Part shown: positions 1 to 7,104 of the stretch, in pieces | Layout: each line of letters opens with the position of its first letter | How positions within the stretch are numbered: the first letter of the stretch is position 1 | From: Vitrella brassicaformis CCMP3155 | Lineage: Eukaryota; Protista; Chromerida | Length of the DNA: 9,486 nucleotides | Assembly: GCA_001179505.1 (NCBI GenBank) | Contig: CDMY01000941.1 | Coordinates: 1 to 9,486, forward strand | Direction: 5' to 3' | The notes under the pieces: model-generated | Told to the model about the DNA's origin: nothing | Database searches by the model: none | What the model saw: the letters and a program-made list of their open reading frames with translations, nothing else | Translations under genes and position numbers: made by a program

Positions 1-700
1 CCTGTCGTGCTGGGCCGTAGAGCTCTGGGTCGTTCGCTATTGCATCCTCCATCTCAGCCATGCTGCCTGGCAGTGGGGGCTCCTCGATGCCGAGCTCCAG
101 GTTGCGATTGAGTTGGGGCAGCTCGAGCAGCAGTGTGTTGGTGCCTGGCAGCATGAGCACGTCCTCTTCTGGGCGCCATCTGCCCTCCGCTGCTTCGCCA
201 GCGTCGTACTGGTCGTCTGCGTCGGCCCTCGGTGCGTTGCGATGCACGTTCTCGATGAGATGGGCGCGGAGCGGGAGGGTCCCCTCATCTCCTACGGCTT
301 CCTCAGCTTGAAGCACCTCGAAGGCGAAGTGTGCGCGGCATTGCGGGCAGCGGTGTCCGTCTCGGTGGGTGTATGACCTCAGCAGGCAGCGGATGCATGT
401 GTCCGGGTGGCAGGGGAGGCGGTGCAACGCGTCGCCGTGCAGCGGTTCCAGACAGACATTGCAAAGTGCGCCGCCCTGAGTCTGTTGGCTCGGCTCGTCG
501 GCTTCTTGGCCATTGGCCGCGTCGCCCTGAGTCTGCTGGCTCGATTCGTCGGCTTCTTGGCCATTGGCTTCGTCGCCCTGAGTCTGCTGGCTCGGCTCCT
601 CGGCTTCTTGGCCATTGGCTTCTTGGAAGAGCTGCCTCACGTTCCCCGCATAGCCGTCCCTGGCCTGTCTTGCTTCAGTGTCGCGGAGGTTGTACGGCAT
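1..700 (-). CDS. RING-like zinc-finger protein, 3' partial (runs off the window start), ~233 aa visible
   Basis: Hand translation from ATG at 700 (in-frame TGA upstream at 731-733) is open to position 2: MPYNLRDTEARQ...(EANGQEADEPSQQTQGD)x3...CNVCLEPLHGDALHRLPCHPDTCIRCLLRSYTHRDGHRCPQCR...EEPPLPGSMAEMEDAIANDPELYGPARQ. The motif C-x2-C-x13-C-H-x3-C-x2-C-x12-C-x2-C lies at 338-463. Absent from the ORF track because no stop falls inside the window. Confidence 0.75.
   Translation of the reverse strand, partial: MPYNLRDTEARQARDGYAGNVRQLFQEANGQEAEEPSQQTQGDEANGQEADESSQQTQGDAANGQEADEPSQQTQGGALCNVCLEPLHGDALHRLPCHPDTCIRCLLRSYTHRDGHRCPQCRAHFAFEVLQAEEAVGDEGTLPLRAHLIENVHRNAPRADADDQYDAGEAAEGRWRPEEDVLMLPGTNTLLLELPQLNRNLELGIEEPPLPGSMAEMEDAIANDPELYGPARQ
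473..622. repeat. 51-bp tandem repeat x3, in frame within the RING ORF
   Basis: GCCCTGAGTCTG recurs at 473, 524 and 575 (period 51); each unit encodes a 17-aa acidic/Gln-rich repeat on the minus strand. Confidence 0.95.
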
Positions 701-877
701 CACCCAGGCTCCCCCGAGTGCCGCCCCGACTCATCCGAGTGGAGCACACGAGGATGCATACCTGAGTGGTTCAATTATCCCCGTCAGCCTTTTTGCATCT
801 CCGGTGCGCCTCCTGCCGATGTCGACCTCCTCTGATGAATCGCATGTCGCCAGGACCGTCAGGGGGAGGCGGAGCTG

Positions 878-1996
878 ATGCCGTGCTCCATCTTATGCCT
901 CCAGGGCCTCCTGCGATGGAGAAACCCCCATGCCATCATGCGAGCTAATGGACGGGGGATGCTGCTGCCTGCCCGGCATAGCGGCACCGGCATATGTGAC
1001 CCTCTCGACCGTGCCGCAGCCGCCTACCCCGCTTCCCGCGCGAGCACCAAGGTGGTCTCCAAGTCCGTCCAAGGCAAGGCTCCGTTCCACCCTGGCGACC
1101 ATCGTGCCACCATCCGCCACGCCCTCACCCGGAGCAAGCAGCAGCAGGACGTCGCCCACAAGACCAAGAGGGAGGCCGCCCTGCCGCACATCGACCGCCG
1201 GCGCCATCGCGTCCTCTCCCGCAGCGCCGAGTACAAGACGTCCGGCTGGCTGACCACCCTCCCGTCGACAGACAACAACACTGGTCTTGATGCTGCGGAG
1301 TTTCGAGATGCCCTCAACATGCGTTACGGCCGTCACCCCCCCGGCCTCGCTGCACGCTGCGACCACTGCAACCAGCCCCTCACCGTCGACCATGCGCTGT
1401 GCTGCAAGCGGTACGGCCTGGTGATTCGTCGCCACGACGAGCTGCGGGACACTTTTGCCGAGCTGATTGGGATGGCGTGGGGGGACGCTGGTGTGCGTCG
1501 GGAGGTGGTGTTGAAGGAGGGAGAGGAGGGGGAGGGTGGGGTCAGGGCGGACATCGTCGCTCGGGGCGTGTGGGAGCGGCAGGCGGCTGCGTCGTTTGAC
1601 ATCTGTATTACGGATCCTGACGCAACGTCTTACGCTTCCAAGAACCGATCGACCAAGTCCATCCTGAAGCAGCACGAGACCGCCAAGAAGAAGAAATACC
1701 GCTCGGCCGTCTGCGACTCCCGCGTGACCTTCTGCCCTCTGGTGGTGACGTGTGACGGTGTGTGGGGACACGATGCCAACGTGTTCATCGCCCACATGGC
1801 TCATGCGCTGTTGGAGAAGGAGGGGTGGAAGGGTCGGGGGTTCAGTCATGTGTCTGGATGGATTCGCTCTCGCTTGTCTATCGCCCTCGCGCGTGCGACT
1901 AGCTTCTGTCTGCGTGGGGGAGGGAGGGGAGGGTTTGGAGGGTTTGCGGGACTGGGGTGTGCTGATGGGGCGGGGATTCATCCCTCCTCCCCTTGA
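878..1996 (+). CDS. Non-LTR retrotransposon C-terminal region: post-RT linker, zinc knuckle and restriction-like endonuclease (RLE); CRE-clade-like, no RT domain
   Basis: 372-aa ORF with LPARHSGTGI (cf. LPxRxGGLG after RT), SGWLTTLP, EFRDALNMRYG, CDHC-x7-H-x3-C knuckle, RRHDELRD (RHD motif), RADIVARG, FDICITD and HETAKKKKY (PD-(D/E)xK-type RLE motifs), PLVVTCDG and RSRLSIAL. Recognisable homology begins at about 955; the start codon is uncertain. Confidence 0.85.
   Translation: MPCSILCLQGLLRWRNPHAIMRANGRGMLLPARHSGTGICDPLDRAAAAYPASRASTKVVSKSVQGKAPFHPGDHRATIRHALTRSKQQQDVAHKTKREAALPHIDRRRHRVLSRSAEYKTSGWLTTLPSTDNNTGLDAAEFRDALNMRYGRHPPGLAARCDHCNQPLTVDHALCCKRYGLVIRRHDELRDTFAELIGMAWGDAGVRREVVLKEGEEGEGGVRADIVARGVWERQAAASFDICITDPDATSYASKNRSTKSILKQHETAKKKKYRSAVCDSRVTFCPLVVTCDGVWGHDANVFIAHMAHALLEKEGWKGRGFSHVSGWIRSRLSIALARATSFCLRGGGRGGFGGFAGLGCADGAGIHPSSP
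950..1996 (+). mobile_element. 5'-truncated RLE-type non-LTR retrotransposon copy
   Basis: Homology starts just after the RT domain, as expected for a 5'-truncated target-primed insertion. No poly(A) tail or TSD was found, so both boundaries are approximate. Confidence 0.7.
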
Positions 1997-2039
1997 GCCT
2001 TGCGTTTGCCGCGCAAGTCTGTGTGTGAGTGCTCCTTCG

Positions 2040-3340
2040 TCTGCTCTGCCCTCACGCAAGCGGTCATCGCTCTGCACTCCGTCAAACACGAGAAGCAGCC
2101 GCCGAAAGTAGACGCTGCCGTCAACCCCAATCACCACGACTGTGTCAATGCATGATACATTCCGCTACGCTGTGTTCACACGTAAGCGCTAATGGCTTTC
2201 CGTTTCGTCAAAAAGAAGAACCAGCCACTGAAAGGTTACACAGTCATCAACCATCCAGCCACACAATCCATTGTCCACGGCACACTGCTCTACGGTCTGT
2301 CCGCACGCAAGCTGCCGTCGCTCTTCGCTTCCGCAAACGAGACCACAGCCACTGAAAACTTGGTCATTGCTAACCCAACGGCAATATCCTTCCACACGCT
2401 TGACGGTCTGGTTGATGAAATATACGCCCATGGACACTGCGAGAGACGAGTTTGCTTCTAAGTGCAATGGCGCCTTGTTGTTTGCGCAGAAGGTGGCGAA
2501 CACTGGTGTGTCGGTTACACGGAATTCGGGGTCTTCTGCTGATTTTTCTCGGCACTCCCACTCATCCGCCATGCTCTCGTCATGCTGTGTTCGTACGCAA
2601 GCCCGAACGTTGACGGCGCCGTGAACCCAGATCACTACAATCGTGCTAATGCATGGTACATTTCTCTACGGTGTGATCACACGCAAGCGCTAATGGCTCT
2701 TCGTTTCGTTAAAAAGAAGAAACAGCCACTGAAAGGCTACACAGTCATCGACCATCCAGCCACAATCCATCTCCCCCACGGCACACTGCTCTACGTTCTG
2801 TCCGCACGCAAGCGGCCGTCGCTCTTCGCCTTCCAAACGAGACCATAGCCGCTGAAAACTTGCCCACCGCTATCTCAACCGCAATCTTTGCGCCCTGTGC
2901 AAAATGTGGCGAACACTGGTGTCGGTTGCACGGGTTTGTTCTCTCGCGAGCTCTCATTCATTCGATGCAAAAACATGTGTGTTTGATACATCGTGTCATG
3001 CTGTGTTTGCACCTTAGCGGCCATTGCCCTCGCCGTCTTGAGAAAGAGAACCAGTCACCGAATGTTGGGACAGCTGTGGACCTAAATCAGCTACCATAAA
3101 AATATATGCCCACGGACACTGCGAGAGACGAGTTTGCTTCTAAGTGCAATGGCGCCCTGTTGTTTGCGCAGAAGGTGGCGAACACTAGTGTGTCGGTTAC
3201 ACGGAATTCGTGGTCTTCTGTTGATTTCTCTCGGGACTCTCATTCATTCGATGCAAAAGCATGTATGTCTGATACATCCCGTCATGCTGTGCTTGCACGC
3301 CAGCGGCCATCGCCCTGAAGTAAAGAGAACTAGCAGCCAT
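2040..3340. repeat. Complex degenerate tandem array (~125-bp sub-unit, ~501-bp higher-order duplication)
   Basis: A CACGCAAGC...GCTCT...AAA..AGA..CAGCCACTGAAA-like motif recurs at ~2053, 2178, 2304, 2679 and 2805, and more weakly at ~3008 and ~3296. 2178->2679 and 2304->2805 are both 501 bp. Blocks 2418-2557 and 3100-3239 are ~93% identical (hand count); 2951-3030 is repeated at 3236-3315. Confidence 0.85.
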
Positions 3341-3350
3341 GAACCAGGCG

Positions 3351-3620
3351 CGGGCCACGCCTTCATAGGCGCGGATTTCGTCGACATAGGCGGAGACGCC
3401 AGCCTATATAGGCCCGAAAAGTACAGCCCGCATCCGCATAGGCGCGGATTTCGTCGATATAGACGGAGACGGCAGCCTATATAGACGCAGACCTGCCTAT
3501 GAAGGCGCCAGACGCGCTTATATGGGCGCATGAATGGAGGCGGCGAAAGATCCACCCATATAGACGCGCTGCGTCTACATAGACGGCGCAATGCAGGCGC
3601 GCCTATATGGGCGCGTTCTG
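3351..3620. repeat. Left subterminal CpG-rich array (ATAGGCGC / GCCTATAT motifs), including a 48-bp direct repeat
   Basis: 3364-3411 and 3437-3484 match at 45/48; palindrome GCCTATATAGGC at 3402-3413; further TATAG(G/A)CGC and TATGGGCGC copies extend to ~3615. Confidence 0.85.
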
Positions 3621-3958
3621 CGCCGAAGTGTACTTGGTTTGATCGACTCAATCGATTTGCAGCGAACGAGGCCAAGCGGCACCCGGAGAATGAGACAGCA
3701 CGTGCTCTCGACCCCACCAGCAAGACGCTGCCAGAGGAGAAGCGGATGCGCTACAACCACAAGGAAGCGTGTCAGAAACGCTTCAGTGCCAAGGGGGACC
3801 CCATGTACGAGGGGTTCGACTCAGAGGTGTGTGAGCAGTTCTTTCGGTGGCTGAACGGCTTTCGGCACATTTTTCGGCGCACAACGATCGAGATGCTGTG
3901 CTTGCTGTATCAGCACCTGTCGCTGCACAACACGCTGCGAAGGGGTGGGTGGAAGTGA
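3620..3958 (+). pseudogene. C-terminal fragment of a KDZ (Kyakuja-Dileera-Zisupton)-like transposase
   Basis: FDRLNRFAAN...RMRYNHKEACQKRFSAKGDPMYEGFDSEVCEQFFRWLNGFRHIFRR resembles the KDZ C-terminal pattern (YD...N, DxxHxxNH..C..., N/DTE.CEQ.FSWL..F). The last catalytic Glu-like residue (EVCEQ) is present, but the DxxH motif is degenerate. Part of ORF 3530-3958, whose N-terminus is read from the repeat array. Confidence 0.65.
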
Positions 3959-4052
3959 CGGACACTGTCTTTTGGCGGCACGTGGGAGGGAGAGGTGACG
4001 GGGAGGCGCTTTGGAAGGGTTTCTTGGTTGAGACGATTGTTCGCCGAAGGTT

Positions 4053-4170
4053 GGGTTTAGGGTTTCAGCGCAGTGGAATTAGGGTTTCGGGTTTAGGGTT
4101 TAGGGTTTAGGGTTTGGGAGGGTGACTCGGGTTTAGGGCTGGGGTTTAGTTGACTCAGGTTTAGGGTTTA
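4053..4170 (+). repeat. Interstitial telomere-type (TTTAGGG)n tract, degenerate
   Basis: Perfect TTTAGGG x3 at 4092-4112, flanked by TTAGGG, TTTCGGG and TTTGGG variants; further GGGTTTAG units at 4053, 4129, 4142 and 4158; TGACTC(G/A)GGTTTAGGG duplicated at 4123 and 4151. Confidence 0.9.
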
Positions 4171-4196
4171 TTGAGTTACCTCCCCGAAAAATCGCG

Positions 4197-4217
4197 AAGG
4201 GCAGCGAAGCTGCCCTT
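4197..4217. other. Perfect 9-bp hairpin with a C(GAA)G triloop
   Basis: AAGGGCAGC-GAA-GCTGCCCTT. Confidence 0.8.
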
Positions 4218-4373
4218 GATGTGGGCGCCGATGTAGGCGCCTCGATGTCGGCGCCGATGTAGGCGCCTCGATGTAGGCGCCTCAATGTCGGCGCCTCGAT
4301 ATCGGCGCCGATGTAGGCGCCTCGATGTCGGCGCCGATATAGGCGATCGAGGCGCCTATGTCGGCGCGGCCCG
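4218..4373. repeat. 12/14-bp minisatellite GAT(G/A)T(A/C)GGCGCC(TC), ~10 units plus one inverted unit (right subterminal array)
   Basis: Units start at 4218, 4230, 4244, 4256, 4270, 4284, 4298, 4310, 4324 and 4336 (partial); inverted unit TCGAGGCGCCTAT at ~4347-4359. Confidence 0.92.
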
Positions 4374-4507
4374 TCGCTGATATATGTCTCAGAACTAGCC
4401 ACCGAAAGTTTACACAACAAGAAGCTGGGAACCCCTCTTGGTGCTGACGAGTCGTGATGTGTTGGGTTGTGAAAAACTTCAGAATCACCGTCTCATAATA
4501 CATCACT

Positions 4508-5870
4508 AATTCGAAATTGGCAAACGGACTTTTTCTCAGCGTGAAACGGACTTCTGTGCTATGTGAACTCATCGGATGCCTCAGATGACTCAGCTGACCA
4601 TCCTGTGAGCCACCGATGGGCCTTTGCTGCCTTTCAAGCGCGAAGCAGCTGCTCTTCCGTTTATGTCATCGTGGCTCAAGCTCGGTCACGCAAGTCGCTT
4701 TTTCGTCGCAAATCGCCGTCGAGAACGGTTCATTTCAGTAGATGACAATCAAAATGCCTTTATTTCTCCATGGAGTCACTCTTTCATCGGTCCGCTCTTC
4801 CACAGAGCGGTGCTTCATGTGTCTTGCGGTCATTTTGAGCCATGGATCGTCGGCCGGAATGGCTGATTTGAGTCTGTTTGTGGAGTGATTGGTTTATGCG
4901 GTTCATTTTGCTTGTGAATAGAGTGATCGGGATGGGCTGATTGCTTGACAGAAATGATTGCTTTATGTGGTGATTGCTTTGTCACATGAATGAGACACGC
5001 GATAAGCAACCGAGACACGATGAGAATGAGCGATGGTGGTGTGCTGTGCTTCTCTCTGATGCCGCTCTTGCCGCTCTGTACCCCTCGATCGCTCACTCAT
5101 ACATAAACATGCGTATACAGGTGACTGCTTCACTCAATGAGGGAGGATCGACTCATCTGCTTGACGGGCCGGCAAGCAGGTGGGTCGACCCCCTTTGTAC
5201 ACATTGCCCAGTCAGAATAATGTGTACCGGGCCGGGGGGATCGTCAAGCAGGTGGGTCGACCCTCCCTTAGTGAGTGAAGCAGTCACCTGTATACGCATG
5301 TTTATGTATGAGTGAGTGATCGAGGGGTACAGAGCGGCAAGAGCGGCATCAGAGAGAAGCACAGCACACCACCATCGCTCATTCTCATCGTGTCTCGGTT
5401 GCTTATCGCGTGTCTTATTCATGTGACAAAGCAATCACCACATAAAGCAATCATTTCTGTCAAGCAATCAGCCCATCCCGATCACTCTATTCACAAGCAA
5501 AATGAACCGCATAAACCAATCAACTCACTCATCAGCCATCCAAAGCGACCATTTCATGGCTCAAAATGACCGCAAGACACATGAAGCACCCCTCTGAAAG
5601 AACGGACCGATGAAAGAGTGACTCCATGGAGAAAGACAGACATTTTGATTGTCATCTTCTGAGATGAACCATTCTCGATGGCGATTTGCGAACGAAAAGG
5701 CGAGTTTGCTTGCCGAGGTTGAGTCACGCTCTCACGCGAGGCAGCAAAGGCCCATTGGTGTCTCACAGGAGGGTCCGCTGAGTCATCTGAGGCATCTGAT
5801 GACATTCATCCAGCCCACACCGAAGTCCGTTTCACGCTGAGAAAAAGTCCGTTTGCCAAGAAAGCGAATT
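4508..5870. mobile_element. Foldback-like element / ~1.36-kb palindrome with ~650-bp inverted arms and a 75-bp spacer; candidate 4-bp TSD CACT
   Basis: 4517-5166 is the inverted complement of 5242-5859 (TTGGCAAACGGACTTTTTCTCAGCGTGAAACGGACTTC at the left end; its reverse complement ends at 5859). Outermost AATTCG (4508-4513) pairs with CGAATT (5865-5870); CACT at 4504-4507 and 5871-5874. No recognisable coding capacity. Confidence 0.85.
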
Positions 5871-5973
5871 CACTCCATGCTTTGTCCACACGCAAGTTGT
5901 CCCTCCTCTACGGTCCGTCCCCCGTCGAAACTCTACACAAGCGCCAGATGCAGTGGATCCCCATGACAGAGCT

Positions 5974-6576
5974 CACCACCAAAGAAGGAACAAGTGCAAA
6001 ACTGGGTTTCCCGCTCCAAAACCGTTTTCCGCCCGAAAACCAGCCACTCCCAACGGAAATCCAGCCACTCGATACGGAAAACTGGGTTTTGTAATGGAAA
6101 ACCGGTCCCCTGACGCCTCCCGAGTGCTCCCTGATGACCGCCGGATGCAGGCTGATGCCCTCCGACTGCTCTTTGGTGCATGCTGGTGTTTTCTGGCCGA
6201 TCGGCCAACTCATGCCGTCTCAATCAATGCGATACATGGATATTCAACGGCCGACAGGAAATGTCTCACGTCTGACGGCCGTCGGCAACACACTGACGAA
6301 CATGCAAGTCACCCCTGCAGCCGACAATCACATGCTCACACCCCTACCCACCCACCCACCTACCCAGCATGCACCAAAGAGCAGTCGGAGGGCATCAGCC
6401 TTCATCCGGCGGTCATCAGGGAGCACTCGGGAGGCGTCAGGGGACCGGTTTTCCATTACAAAACCCAGTTTTCCGTATCGAGTGACTGGATTTCCGTTGG
6501 GAGTGGCTGGTTTTCGGGCAGAAAACGGTTTTGGAGCGGGAAACCCAGTTTTGCACTTGTTCCTCCTTTGGTGGTG
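5974..6576. mobile_element. MITE/foldback-like element, 603 bp, with 213-bp TIRs starting CACCACC; candidate 2-bp TSD CT
   Basis: 5974-6186 vs 6364-6576 are inverted with 4 mismatches in 213 bp (hand count); 177-bp spacer; CT at 5972-5973 and 6577-6578; internal AAAAC(T/C)(G/A)G sub-repeats. Confidence 0.88.
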
Positions 6577-6831
6577 CTGAAGCAGATAACATGCTAACAC
6601 ACTCCTTATCATTCAAACCGGCCAAGGCGGTTCGACGGATCGCATCCCTCTCGACTACCGTTCGAGTGGCTGATCCATTCAGCAAGCCACTGGTTGTGAA
6701 GGACGATGACATCGGTGATAGCTCTCTGTTGAAAAAATCGTCTTCGAATGTCATTATCATTCCATCAGGCGCAGATGCGACTGGCTCCCCCTTTGTGGCT
6801 GCTGGGGGGGTTGTAAGGAGCCGCTCCGACT

Positions 6832-6875
6832 TAGGGAAACTTTAACCGGTCGGTAGGGAAACTTTAACCGGTCGG
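6832..6875. repeat. Perfect 22-bp tandem duplication
   Basis: TAGGGAAACTTTAACCGGTCGG at 6832-6853 and 6854-6875. Confidence 0.95.
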
Positions 6876-7104
6876 AGTAAGGATCAAATCGGGTGTACCA
6901 ACCAGGGGTCCATTCGACAAAGTCGAGAATCTAGAACTCCGGGTCCCCATTTGGCAGTTGGCCCCCACAAAACGATTGCAGCAAATGTGAACCGGCCATG
7001 TGAGAGCCTCGCACACACCAAGCAGCAGCTCCTTACTCGCTCTCCTTCCTTCACAACTGGCACCCTTCTAACAGCGCTCCGTTCTCAGCAACCAAAGCAC
7101 CGAC

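Larger units (their letters stand above)
3345..4379 (+). mobile_element. Putative internally deleted DNA transposon derivative (KDZ-like) with imperfect TIRs and subterminal repeat arrays
   Basis: 3351-3372 CGGGCCACGCCTTCATAGGCGC matches the reverse complement of 4352-4373 (CGGGCCGCGCCGACATAGGCGC) at 19/22. Related ATAGGCGC/GCCTATAT motif arrays lie inside both ends, with a transposase-like fragment between them. No TSD found. Confidence 0.55.

Noticed and set aside
407-835. Plus-strand ORF with repeated hydrophobic segments (ALSLLARLVGFLAIG) resembling a membrane protein
   Set aside because: It is the antisense shadow of the 51-bp repeats in the RING ORF.
1915-1957. GGGTTT-containing G-rich run at the end of the RLE ORF resembling telomeric repeats
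   Set aside because: It is explained by the Gly/Phe codons (GGGRGGFGGFAG) and contains no TTTAGGG unit.
893-2137. 414-aa minus-strand ORF
   Set aside because: It lies in the same codon register antisense to the RLE ORF and has no motifs; a shadow ORF of GC-rich coding DNA.
2110-2848. Idea that the 501-bp duplication is a decayed protein-coding repeat (TQALMALRFVKKKKQPLKGYTVI)
   Set aside because: In a hand alignment of ~50 codons about 5 changes were synonymous and about 12 codons were non-synonymous or stops, so there is no clear coding constraint; no family recognised.
2040-4373. CRISPR-like or guide-array interpretation of the repeats next to the RLE nuclease
   Set aside because: There is no constant repeat with unique, equal-length spacers; inter-motif sequence is itself duplicated and no Cas-like gene is present.
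5953-6597. 214-aa ORF crossing the whole 603-bp element, plus mirror ORFs at 5908-6213 and 6328-6612
   Set aside because: These are products of the inverted repeat with no recognisable domain; the same applies to the mirrored ORFs at 4830-5569.
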